Below, in pieces: positions 1-12,134 of a DNA stretch of 35,099 nucleotides. A program made the position numbers and the translations under genes. Origin of the DNA: Bigelowiella natans CCMP2755 (Eukaryota > Protista > Cercozoa). How positions within the stretch are numbered: position 1 is the first letter of the stretch; every line of letters begins with the position of its first letter. The notes under the pieces were generated by a model. That model searched no databases. It had not been told where the DNA came from and worked only from the letters and a program-made list of their open reading frames with translations. The stretch lies in assembly GCA_000320545.1 (NCBI GenBank), contig ADNK01001397.1, positions 1 through 35,099 of the forward strand, in the 5' to 3' direction.

Positions 1-477
1 AGTAGCAGCAGTAGGTGTAGTAGTACTGGTCGTCATCTTCGGATCGGTAATCAATAAATAGCCCAAATGCAGCCTGCCTGCCGATCAAGCTACTGCAACC
101 CCCCCCCCCCCCCCCCCCCAAGTTAAGGGCGGGGGTGGAGCCGCCCCCCCCGCCCTGGGGATTTTCTTTCGAGAGGGAAGCGAAAAAACATCATTTCCCC
201 ATATACCCCCCCCCGTTGGTTTCCCCTCTTCGGGCCGATTACCAAACGACGCGTTTGGAGATAAGTCGTAGCGGTCAATCATCTGGGAATGAATTCGTAA
301 GATTCGATACGATGCGATGGGATACGTGGAGAGCAGGCGTGCATGCTTAGTATGCGTGTAGAGGGCCATGAGAACCTCGTGGAGGAAGTCTGGTTTCCCG
401 AGGTATGCCCGCCCACTATGAGGAAGGAAGGGAGTAGGATGGGGAGATGTAATAGAGAGAAAGAGAGAAAGAGAGAA

Positions 478-527
<50 letters not shown>

Positions 528-1327
528 CATGAAAACGAGACAGAAGAAGGGAGTAAAAGTTACAGCAAAAGTAGGGTTTCTCCAGTGTGGATCAATGACT
601 CTCGTTGTGAGCGTTGGCTCTCCCTCTTATCGACCCCTCCCCGCCCCCACCCCCTCACCTGGAGCGCGTCCCACTGCATTTTCGGATCAACCTGGGATAG
701 GAACAGATGCGGACACCGAGTTAGTGAGTGGATGAGGGAGTGAGGGAGTGATGCTGAAACATCTGGTTCTCAAGGTGCTACGGCAGGATAGAGCGCTGCC
801 GTGCTTTTGTTCTACGTGAGGATAAAGCGCTGTCCTGCTTTGCGGCAGGCTAAGAATCATGGGCTGTTACTCTTGGTTATCATCTGCCATACATCGTCGT
901 AGAACTCGAATGGTGTCTTGCTTCTCTCCAACCACTCTAGAGCTTTCTTCGTGTTACCCCCATGAAGAAGACTATCCCAAAACTTTCACGAGTTATTGAA
1001 GGGAGAATCAGCAACTTGCTTCATTATTTTAATATGGGTAAGAGTAAGTTGCTTTATTATTATTATAATGTGCGAAGTCATTTATACCTCTTCAAGTACC
1101 CTCTCTCTGCTGAACCTGATAAGTTAATGAGTGATGGTTGAGTGGTGTTCGTGTATTGACTGAAACGGCACTCTTGCCCGTCGAAGTGGAGGGGGGGCGG
1201 TAATGATTCGTTCGGAAGTAAAGAGTATTCGCGGCTTTCCCTTATTTTACTTCGGATTGCGCACAATGCTTTGACACATTCAAACGAATTGTTTCACTTA
1301 CTTTTTTTTACTGCTTTTCCCGCCCAT
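1..1327 (-). CDS. Partial multi-exon gene of unknown function running off the left edge; predicted N-myristoylated start MGGKSSKK
   Basis: ATG at 1327 gives ATG GGC GGG AAA AGC AGT AAA AAA AA|gtaagt (exon 1302-1327, strong donor). Further protein-like minus-strand segments flanked by AG/GT: ESREYSLLPNESLPPPLHFDGQ (~1170-1240), FSRERVLEE (~1088-1115), WGNTKKALEWLERSKTPFEFYDD (~890-965), GRAYLGKPDFLHEVLMALYTHTK (~345-416). The exon chain is tentative. Confidence 0.4.
454..524. repeat. (GA)n microsatellite, intronic; (CT)n on the sense strand of the left-edge gene
   Basis: Directly visible AG/GA dinucleotide run. Confidence 0.95.
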
Positions 1328-2131
1328 AGTCCTTTAGACTCCTCGGGAGCTTCGGTTTGCGATCACTGTGAGAGGGCCCATTCGTGCTCCAGCTTTAGTT
1401 GAGAACTGAATGAAGGCTTTATGGGGAAAATACCTAAAATTATTTACCCAGAAATAATAATTTTAGAAAGAAATCTCATCGGAAATTAATCAAAATACCT
1501 ACAGAACTGAGGATCACTACGGCATCTCCATCGCCGTTTTAAGTTCGTAAAGTCATCAGGATAAACTTTACTTGTATTGTGATGTTTTCGGCTTATAATA
1601 TTATCTAAAAATGAGACAACCAGATCACAGATATTTTTGTCCAACAATTCGCGTTACCATCTAAGTAGAATGGATTCTCGCTGTGCGTCATGGAAAACAA
1701 CATGGCTTCAGGTGATATAATCGAACAATTTTCACCCGCGACAACATACAGTTGCATGGAAAGATTGCTCGCCAGATCCGGTCAGAGCTTGAAAATACGA
1801 AAAATCTACCAGTATTATTAATATATACCTTATATTCTTTTTAACGACAATATGTTACTCAACATTTTAATGAAAATATGGCGTGACAGAGCTTTCGCGA
1901 CTCACCACCCTCCGCCTGAAAATTGTCTCGAGTGAGATTTCAAGACGACAATGCACAGGTTTGTGATCGCGTAAGGATGATAATTCTAGTGTCAAAGGCT
2001 AATTTTTCCTTGTCTCATTTGAGGATTGTCATCCTATTATACTATTTTTTACGAATAATCAGAGAATTCACATCTGAGGTCTTAGTGGTGCATATCGGCC
2101 TCTCCCCCTGCTCTTCCTTCCCTTCCTGATA

Positions 2132-5100
2132 ATGGCCAAGGAAAGCGCAGAGCACCTCCTGATTCTGCGGGAGGCGTGCTATGGACTTCTTTGTCGTGTC
2201 CACTGGAACCATAATCCACAGTTCCTGAATCCCACATCGCTGGAGAGCAAGGATATTTCACAAGTGATCCGCTTTGCCAAGAGAAGCTTCCCAAAGATTA
2301 GTTGTCTAGAGGCAAGGCAGCAGATCAAGACATTCGACGCATTTGCCTCGAAGGCAGAAGCGATAGTAAATGAGCTAGAGGATTGGTGAGTTTTCATTTT
2401 AAAACTCGTGAGAAGAAGAGAGGAGTTATGGTCGTTGAATGTGACAGGTATCGGACGATTTGCGATGTCATCTCATTTAACGGCAAAGCTCTCACAGCCT
2501 TGAACACGTTTGTAAAGAACGTGACAACACTGCGGAAGGTACTTTATGCTTGCCAGCGGCACACCTGCCGTCTGGATTCGCTTTTAGCTAATCAATCTGA
2601 TAAAAATTCAAATCACAGGCAAACTTCCACCTTATGATGCTGTTCTTTGAACTTCTTGGGGGCTACGTAAAGCTTCAGATTGCAATGCAGGTGAACAACA
2701 GCTAAATGCAATAACCTTGAAACTTGGCGCACCCTTCACATTAGATTGAGATCTTCCATGTACGCGTCTCTGTCTTCTGCGACAAACAGAGCGTAGGATT
2801 CAAGGCGCGGAACATTGCAATGTACATCATGGCCCTAGAGACTTCTCAAAGCAAAAAAGGTCATTATGTGTGACGATAAACTTTATAACTACCCTTATTG
2901 CCCCTGCTTCCCTACTGTGTAATGAAAATGTCGCTGCCATTCGAGGAACATAAATGTAATTGGTGGGAGGCGGAGAGGGGTTATAAGGAGAGGCCGAAGA
3001 TGGAAGGGTGGCTAACGGAAATCCCATTGATATTGAACTATACAGACGAGCGATTAGATGCCGTTTTAAAATACATGAGCGAGATGATGGGAAACCAGGA
3101 TCTGAAGCTTGAAGAACGTTTAAAGGTAGGTGTTGCTCGCACCATGATGCCTTTTTCCATGTGCTTTCTGGAATTTTAACGATACCTTTGAAGGCAGCAG
3201 GAACCACCACCACCACCACTTCCCCTTCCATTTCATTCGGTGTGGATTAGGTTATAGCTTAGTGTGTTAGGGCAGAGCACCCGAGTCTTAATCGACAATC
3301 TGCGAGTTCTCCATACACGTATCTCGTGAAGCAAACGTCTCTCACATAACGGTGCCGGCTTCCTGTATGGTGTGTGTGTGTGTGTGTGTGTGCGTGTGTG
3401 CGTGCGTGCGTGCGTGCGTGCTTCCCCCAATCAAGGTTACGTTCGCCACTTTGAGACAGCAATGCGAGCCGATGACGCAGGTCGTGCGGGACTCGTGCAA
3501 GTTCTTCTGGAGCTCCATCCAGAAATGGGCGCCCGCGGAGAGCTTCGAGCGCCACCGCATGTTCAGCATCCTGTACGACGCCAGCAAGATCATCCAGCCC
3601 GCGCGCACGGAGAACTACCTGGAGCTCGAGTACCTCAACGGGGTCCGGGAGTGGCTCCAGTACGCGCTGCTGGTCTGCCCCGCGGCGCTGCAGGAGCAGG
3701 CGGCGCGGTCGTGCCTGAACAAGATCATCAGCAACTACTTCGTGACCCCCGTGTTCCGCGACATCACGTTCGAGCTGTGCAAGTCGTGGGACTCCACCTT
3801 CTGGGACTACAAGTGCGGGCACATAAGCCAGGGGACAAAGTTCTACCTCAAGACCCACCGCGACGACGTCTTCAAGGATGCGTACCTCAAGGGCAATGAG
3901 TGCGCGCTGAACCACAGGTCCCTCCGGCGCTACCTCCAGGTGATGCTGCGGCAGTACGTCTGCCTGTTCACGGAGATTCCCGGCCTGGCCGCGCCCAAGT
4001 TCCAGCTGGTGCTCGCCCTGCTGAAGCTGGCCTCCGACGAGATCCACTGGTACTTCCAGCACACCAACGTGAAGCCGTTCAAGAGCCACAAGCAGAAGTG
4101 GCTCGACCCCCTCTCCAAGGACCAAAACATAGTGAAGCTCATCGCCGCCTGCGTGGACCTCTGCCAGCTCGTCTCCAAGCACGCCGACGTCGTGCGGGAG
4201 TACTTCATCGAGTACATCAGAGACATCGACGCCCCGCGGTGCATCAGCGAGCTCGGGAAGATTAGCCAGAAGTACGCGAAGCAGGTCCCCGCGGAGGTCC
4301 AGAACGCCATCCGGGTTTTGACCGAGGAGGCGAAGAACATCAGCCCCGAGTCAAACTTCTCGGTCATCCAGCTCAACTTCTTCCGGACCTCGTGCTGGCT
4401 GAGCTCCAGGGGCTCGGGGGTGCCGGCCGACGAGGCCAACGCGGCGCTCGCGGTCGTCAACGAGATGTTCACCCACTTCTCCAACGTGCTGCAGACGGAG
4501 CAGCGGCTCGTAGAGACCGCCAACATCGGCGCGCTCATCTGGTACAAGGAGGACTTCAAGCAGGTGAAGGAGTGGACGCTGGGCCGCTCGGACCTCTACC
4601 AGTACTCGATGGCGCTGATGCAGGTGCTGGAGCACGTCCGGTACGACCTCAACCTCCGCTACTGCCCGGACGAGCAGGCGTTCATAATACGCGCGACGAC
4701 CAAGTTCGCCGAGTTCGTGATGGAGCACATCTGCCGCGCGATCATCGAGAACTTCGACAAGATGCTGGGCTGGGCCAACTACCTCAAGGAACTCGGCGGG
4801 CTCAACCCGGTGATCAACAAGTACCTGAGCCTTAACCGGAAGGGGCGGCCCAAGCTGCAGGAGACCGCGCAGCCCGGGGTGGAGAGCAGGTATGGCGGCC
4901 AGGGCTACTACTCCGTCCAGGTGCAAGCGCAGGCCGTTGCAGACCTCCTCGGAGCGGTGCGGGAGCTGAGGCAGTGCCAGGTCTTCAAGACCGTGATCAA
5001 CACCCACGATTGGTTGTACGAGGCGCTTGATGTGCACGTCGATGCCAAGATACGGGGCCTCTTCGAGTCGAAGGACCAGCGCCTCTGCCGGCCCTCCGAG

Positions 5101-6294
5101 GCGCTCAGCCGCCTGCGCTGCATACAGCGCGCGCTGACGTTCGTGGAGCAGCACATCATGCTGAACGCCAGCGACATCCTGCGCGGGGCGGTCCTCAAGC
5201 ACTTCGCCAACGTGGCTGCGGGCACGATCGGCGCGCCGCTCAAGACGGACACCAAGTCGAGCGCCGCGATCCAGAAGGTGGGGAAGTTTTACTGGGACGT
5301 CGTCAACCACAGCAACACCGCCTTCTCGCCGCTCAAGATACACTTCGTCACGCGCGCGCACGGGCGCAGGCACCGGGACGACGTCAATGCGGAGGACTTC
5401 ACCACGCACCCGGAGCTCCGCGCCCTGTGCCACGTGGTAGGCCCATACGGCGTCAAGGCCATCCAGAGCGTGCTGCTCTCCAACCTCGGGAGCAGCATTG
5501 CGGAGATGAAGCGGATCATTGCCAACAACAGCGTGTACCTGGGGCAGCTCGACTTCGTCGATATCACGTCGTGGGAGAACATCGTGACCAAGGTGAGCGG
5601 CAAGGACGAGTTCCTTCGGCTCGCCGTCCAGGTCGGGCGGTGCCTGCAGCTGATCTCCACGCTGAAGACCGCGCAGCGCGCGGTGCAGGAGAACGACATC
5701 CCGTTCGTCTCCCGGATCATAGAGCTGGTGATGCGGCGCATCGACAAGGACGGGAAGATCACGCCCGGGCAGACGCTGTGCAACGTGCTGACCGACTCGG
5801 GGGTGGAGGACCCGATGTACGACCAAGGCCTCAAGGCCGTGTTCCAGAGGGGCTTCTCCTCGGGGGTGGTTCTCTCGCACTTCCCCAAGATGTTCGCGTG
5901 CCTCTTCATGTCGGAGATGTGGAAGAGCACGCGGTTCCAGCCGGAGGCCGAGGCCTTCAGCACCGGCGTCGAGAGCGTCATCACGACGATCCAGACGGTC
6001 ATCCCGGCCATCTGCTCGTCGCGCGAGAAGTCGATGGGCATGCTGCGCGACTTCGTCACGCTCTCCGCGCACGCGCTGCTCCACATGAACTCCAAGGCCG
6101 AGGCGAACAGCCGCGCCATGCGCGGCTACCACATCCCCTCGATGATGATCTTCATGAGCCAGTTTATGGAGACCTGCAAGGGAATGTCGATGGATATCCT
6201 CGAGAGGTGCCTCCCCTTCACGCTCATGCGAACCAAGATCATCGAGATCTACGAGAACCTGCGCGTGCAGACGGAGGAGAAGGGGGCGGCGTGA
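2132..6294 (+). CDS. NCKAP1: Nck-associated protein 1 (NAP1/HEM-2), SCAR/WAVE regulatory complex subunit
   Basis: Exons 2132-2385, 2448-2538, 2619-2690, ~2790-2859, ~2988-3126 and 3436-6294. Translation AEHLLILREACYGLLCRVH..SQVIRFAKRSFPKI..WYRTICDVISF..ANFHLMMLFFELLGGYVKL..LEYLNGVREWLQYALLVCP..QPGVESR..CRPSEAL..AEDFTTHPELRALCHVVGPYGVK..SMDILERCLPFTLMR follows the NCKAP1 family motifs in order. The stop at 6292-6294 overlaps a GTGAGT donor, so a short extra 3' exon is possible. Confidence 0.92.
3370..3421 (+). repeat. (GT)n grading into (GCGT)n, just upstream of the acceptor at 3435
   Basis: Directly visible. Confidence 0.95.
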
Positions 6295-7237
6295 GTTCTC
6301 CTTGTTTCCCACCCTCCTCAACTATCGATTTCGCGCGGCAACGCAGCCAGTATTAGCAACAGCATTTGTAGTCACCACGTAGTTTCATCCCTTTTCTGCC
6401 CCCCCCCCATCCCCACCACCACCACCCCACCAACGGCGACGAGAGACAGGAACAAAGTCGAGGGATGGACAACAGCTGCGGTATATAGGAGCAACCGGTG
6501 ATAGTGGCTGTTGGTTCTTTGTGCGAATGGGTTGGCTCTACAGCCGCATTGTTGTCAATAAAGCTAATCATTATGAATATTGAGCCGGTAGCCCGACGAG
6601 AAGTGTATTGATTGCTATCGACGCTTGTATGCGTAGTCTTACCTGTATGGCGAGCACAGGCAGATGGTGATGATGACATATAGGCATCTCTGTTCATTCA
6701 TCTATCGCGGTAGTGCACGACAAAAGTCCATATCTATGTCGAAATCTACAGCATACGTACGCATGGAAGCAGTATATATGTACGTATCTTTTGCGTCATA
6801 ACACAAACACAAACACACACACACATATATGTATATACTATAGAAACACGAAGGCGCAATCATCGCAGTGGCGACTATATATGCATGCACCTGCGCGCAG
6901 CCCTATAGTTCTTTATACTAGCTTTAGTCATTCAGCGTCCAGATATAGGCTTTTCCATAGCTAATAGAAGCTACCTACCTAAGCTAGACTGCTCCGACAA
7001 GCATTGGCGGCATCATCATTGCATTGCTGCCTTACTAGCTTACCAGCTAATAAGTGGCCGTTCTATGCTACATGCAACGATCCATTCTTGCACATGCATA
7101 TCACCGCAGCCTTGAATAAGCAACAATGGTATGTCTGCTGCTTTGCATAGGTAGTCTACTGCTAACTGCACATGTACTCAACAACTTAAACAACACCGCA
7201 GCGACGTGCTCTAGTGCTGTGACTTCGGCCCAGCTAG

Positions 7238-9614
7238 CTAGCCTTGCACATCATCTGGGAGGACGTCGGAACGGTACCTAAACTGCACTCGAAGCGGTAG
7301 GTGATCACTAGGCCAGCTCTCACATGGGAGGAAAGTCTCGCTTGTTCCACCAGCAGTGTTGTCAGCAGCTCCACCACCATCAGCACCAACTCCAGCTTCA
7401 GCCCTGGGAACAACTCCCTTGCCGTTCACTCCCTTGTCAACCCACGACTGAGGTTGCTGAGCATTGCTCGCCACCAAGCTGCTGCTGTGGAAAACGTGGT
7501 CGATCTGCCCCGTGAAGCCGGGCGTCACGTTGGTGGCGAAGGAGCGCTTGCTGCCGGTGGGGAACGCCGAGCTGAGTTTCAGGTCATGGCGCATTATCAG
7601 GGACGTGCAGATTTGCCTGGCGTCAGCTGCCAGGGCTCTTGCAGACGCTGAGTTTGCGCTGTAGGCAGCTGGAATCTGGTCCTTGGCTCTCATCGTGGCC
7701 TTCTGAACAGCATCGAGCATCTTCTTGTAATTCTCTACCTCATCGTCGGTCTTCTTCGCCCACCAATACGGCTGCCTGCAGCGCCCATTTTTGCAGACGA
7801 AGAACTCCAGCTTCTTGCCAGTGTTGGGGTCGACGCCGGCGTGAAGGGCCTTTGGCACCTTCTCGTTTTGCGAGAGGGACTCGTGCTTCAGCGGCTCGAA
7901 TGTTCTAGATGAGTGGGGGGGGAGGGGGGGGGGGGTAAGGGAAAACGCTCAATATCGCTACAATCATAATCATCACCATCACCATCATAACCTCAGCCCA
8001 ACTTTTGTCATGTCATCATCTATTATCATCATCTATCATCGCCATCTATCACCATCCTTTATCACCACACAACGGGTACCCATTGCACTTCGTGCACCTG
8101 AGCGAGACCAGGACAACAGCAAACAGTAGCAGAGAGCAAGAGGAGTGAGGAGGGGGACAGATCGAACGACGAGAGAATAAGAAAAAGAAGGAAAAAGGCT
8201 CTCCGAGCTTATATACGACAGCACATGCGTAGATAATACCTTTGGAACATGAGCTCCGGCCTGAATTTCAGCTGCATCTGCTTGGCCACAACCTGAAAGG
8301 CAGCTCTGTGGTCCTTCTCCGTAACGAGGACGAACGGCGGGCAGTCTCTCCGCTGCACGAGCTTCTTCGACTGCGTGATTACGAGCCTGCGCTCCCTCTT
8401 TGCGAGCGAGAATAGGCTGTAGCACGTGTTGCTGTTCCACTTGCCGCTGCCGGCACCGCGCAGCGGCTGTGCGCGAGGTGGTGGCGGCCTTGGCGACGAT
8501 GATGACGAGGACGAGTGATCCTTCGCGTCGTTGTCGTTGTCGTCGTCCTCGTCGCCGAACATGTGCGCATCGACACCAACCTTCCGCAAAGAGCGCGCTA
8601 GTTTGTCCAGGCCTGCATCGGCGATAAGCACTCGTCGTATTTTGCGGTCGTTCTGAGCTGCAGCAGCTGGTCCGCGCGTAGCATTGCCCCCTTGCCCCTC
8701 CCCCCCCCCTTCCCCCTTCACCTCATCTCCTCCCCCCCCCTCTTCGGTCGCGTGTTGCTGCTTCCACAACCGCAGTGTAGGCTGGCTGTCTGTCGCTGCC
8801 TCGCCGTCCGTTTGCCGTCGGATAGCGGATATATCATATTCGCCATCAGCGAGGAAGCGGAAGGTATAGCTACCCGGCGTTGAGTTGAGGTCTCCGCAGA
8901 GTATCAGGTTTACGTCCGGCGGTAGTTTTGGTACAGGTTTCTCCCACTTCGATTCGTCATGCTCCTGTGATCTGCGAGGAGGAGGAGGAGGAGTTGCTGC
9001 TGCTACTATCGTGTTTCTTGTCTTCCCGTCCCCCTCCTCTTTCCTAGAGAGATATGCCTGGATGCAGCGGGTGAGGAGGGCAATTTGCTTGAGCTTCACA
9101 TCTTCATAGTTCGGATTCCAGAAGAGATGGCAATTCGCAACCAGAAGAAGTCCAGAGGCGGGTCCTTGGCCTTCCTTGGCTGTGCTCGTTGCCATCGTTG
9201 CTGTCGTTGTTGTCTGGTGCAGTAAGTCCCGCAAAATTACCAGTTGCCCCACGTTGTTTCTTCGCAGCCGAATGGCGTTCGAATCGTCTGCTACGTCGGC
9301 AAGGAGGTTCATATTTACCCCTTCCGCCGACACCTTCCTGAATCGCTCGCAGCGCCACGCGACCAAGCAGCCATCCTTCTTGGGGGACTCGCTTCGTGAT
9401 CGGCTCCCGTCTTCTGTGTGCGGTTACATCGGAAATGTGCAGGTGTGAAAGTGTGCGAGCGTAGAGTAGCTCTATGGACGGAAGAAAAAGGATAATAAGA
9501 TTGTCGCTGATGGGGCTGAAGCACATTGACGAATGCTAAATTCGCACCCTCGAGGGCACGCACGACCTGCATCATCATCGTCATCCAACCACATACTTAT
9601 CACCATCATCATCA

Positions 9615-9670
<56 letters not shown>

Positions 9671-10310
9671 CGACACGTGTTTCATTATCAAGACCATAAT
9701 CGATGCCTCGCTGGCAGTAATCGCATCTGTAGCCGAGGCTCGTAAGCTCCTTCTGCCAAAAGTCATCAAAATGGTCCACCTCCTGCAAGCAAAGAATGTC
9801 CGCGTCGAGGCGCGGCAAAATATGCCGGAGCGCCTTCGAGCGACTTTTCCAGTGGAGGATCTCGTGTGGGCGACAGTACTCAAAGTTTTTCCGATGGCAG
9901 TACTCATCCGCCAGCACATTCAGAGATACAAGAGAGAAAGAACGGTCTAAGGGAAGCGTCATATAAGGGGTTATAGGTTGTCGAACAACTTTTAGGACGA
10001 TAGCTCCTACCTGAGCTTCTGCCATCATCGGGCCTGCGCCAGTGCCATGGCTGCCCCCAAGGACTAAGAATAACATATACGCAGTTTGAAATCATGGCTT
10101 ACGATTCTCGCAGGGTGGAGCGGGAAGAGTTATCGTCTTCTACCTGATCATCGAAATCGCACACGAGCTACGCTACCATCGTCCCTTTCTTCTGCTAACT
10201 GTTCATGGTCTTCTGGGGTGGGGGAATCGACTGACGAAACTGTTGCCTCTATTGTTGCCAATCTTCCGACCACACAGGCGATTTGAGTCTCCGTTTATAC
10301 TTCCTTTCAT
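7238..10310 (-). CDS. CCR4/Angel/nocturnin-family EEP nuclease (deadenylase-like) with an internal Mut7-C domain
   Basis: EEP motifs in order: SLNVLADEY, ADILCLQEVDHF, DGCLVAWRCERF, NNVGQLV, VANCHLFWNPNYEDVKLKQ, ILCGDLNSTP, TNVTPGFTGQIDHVF, WPSDHLPL. Mut7-C motifs lie between GDLNS and the C-terminal EEP part. Main exons ~8240-9413, 8080-8097 and 7238-7904. The 5' exons and the ATG at 10310 are tentative. Confidence 0.88.
9617..9667. repeat. (CA)n microsatellite in an intron of the EEP gene; (GT)n on its sense strand
   Basis: Directly visible. Confidence 0.95.
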
Positions 10311-10489
10311 TACAGGTCAGATATATGACGCATAAAATATTACCTAAATCATCCCTTCAGAGTGTGCTATGCGAAACAGCGTTCGCGCCATTTTTCATGA
10401 CTGATTTTATGAGCTTTTTTATAACAAATAATATCTAAGGAATATTGTCTAAAAAAACCAACAGTCCTCTGCTTCTCCGAGGCAGAAGG

Positions 10490-10651
10490 ATGGAAGGCGC
10501 TGCTGCACAGACGAAGGCCGGCCAGAGACCAGTCCTTCAAGAGGATACCTTTGAAAGTAGAACGCAAAAAGATAGCTTGTCTCGCATATGAATCCTAATC
10601 ATCACTGCCTCACTCGTCGTTTTAATACTCATACTCCTGCTCTCTCTCTCC

Positions 10652-10686
<35 letters not shown>

Positions 10687-10982
10687 GTTCTCTTTCTCTG
10701 CGTGCCTACCCACCCTCTCTTCAGTTCTCTACGAGATGTCTAGGATAATGAACTGTGGTCTGGATAGGCAAACACTCTCCATATTGATTAGTTTATGCGA
10801 GAGTGGAGTGAACCCTGAAGCGTTAGCGAGCGTGATTAAGGAGCTTCGAAGGGAAACCGCCGCCTTGAGCATGGTTGTTGCTGTTAAAATTCATTCTATC
10901 TCGTTTTGTCGGTTATTCTCTCGCTGAATCTTACACACTGATTTGACAGGACTCGCAAGATGACGTGGACGAGAAGCGCTAA
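10490..10982 (+). CDS. MZT1: Mitotic-spindle organizing protein 1 (MOZART1/GIP1), gamma-tubulin ring complex microprotein
   Basis: Exons 10490-10556, 10725-10873 and 10950-10982 splice in frame to [82 protein letters not shown]. The LNx[20 protein letters not shown] signature is that of MZT1. Confidence 0.95.
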
Positions 10983-12134
10983 TAAAGTTTTGAGAATCAT
11001 GTGGTGCATCTAAATGTTTTGAAAGTAATAAGGAAGAGCATATTGAGACCACCTCACGATTGGCATATACATGCTTATTGCACGTCATAGCCATGGTATT
11101 ACAACCACAAAGCGTAGTCAGGTAACAGAAGAGACAGGAGCATGCCACAACACACGTGCCAATGAACGCCAGCAGATTCACCCCACACACATGTGTCACA
11201 AGCACACACAAGCTATGGCTGGTATATGTAAGGCACGATCGCCGATGGTGGCTGCTACGCAAGCTTACAACATGTACATTGTGTAGCCACATATCTGCGA
11301 TGCATATGCATTTGTATGAAAATCTTAGACATGCGATGTACGATGTAGACAGCCGCGCTAGCGCGGTCTAGCGGTGCTTAGCACGTACGTCTACTAGGCG
11401 TACCTATACCGTACGTATATCGCGCGAGTAGCATGACCTAGTGACGACTAGCATGTTATGAATCTGTGCTCTAGTGCTATTGTTGTATTGCGTATGCATG
11501 TCATATATAGCAGCTGCGAGCAGTCTAGCAGTACGTGTCTAGAGCGTGCTAGCGTGCTGTATGCCTATAGGTTGTACAAGTATGTATCCTATAGCTGCTA
11601 GCATGCTAGCATGGCTTGCGTTCATCGGGCAATTTTACGCGGACATACATGACGACACCTAACTCTAGCTAGCTAGCTATGCTAGTATATGGCTACATTG
11701 GGATGACCTTTGAAAAATACAAATCTATATACAAAAAAAAAAATATATCCATCACATCTGTCACATCATACATTCTAGCATTGCCACCTTTGGCTAGACA
11801 TCGCTAGATCGTGTTGCACTTTGCTTGCGTACCGGTATACATAATCGCACTATACAACACATGTACAGATAGCTGCATTCTTACATACTAGCACATCGTG
11901 CATAATAATATTTATATGCTAAGCATACTAACATACAGCTAGCTCGCCCTTCTGGCATCATCCTAATAATGTCCACAGAACATGGGAGCTGTGCCTCTTC
12001 AAACGCATGTAAATAGCATACGCAAGCGAGTGAATTTTCCTTTCCATGCTCATGTAATTATAGAACATTACATGATACACATAAGTTTCCTCTGTTTCAC
12101 GTAGCTATCGTATGAGCAGTGTCAGTTTGCGTGC

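Noticed and set aside
98-215. Long C and G homopolymer runs (G-quadruplex-like)
   Set aside because: Low-complexity sequence that may be error-prone; no support for function.
890-965. KKALEWLERSKTPFEFYD resembles ArsC/Spx thioredoxin-fold proteins
   Set aside because: No preceding CxxC or Cys; the match is too short.
3259-6321. Long antisense ORFs (307 aa, 656 aa) and alternative-frame ORFs over NCKAP1
   Set aside because: Shadows of extreme GC3: sense TTA/CTA/TCA codons are nearly absent, so the antisense frame lacks stops. No protein motifs.
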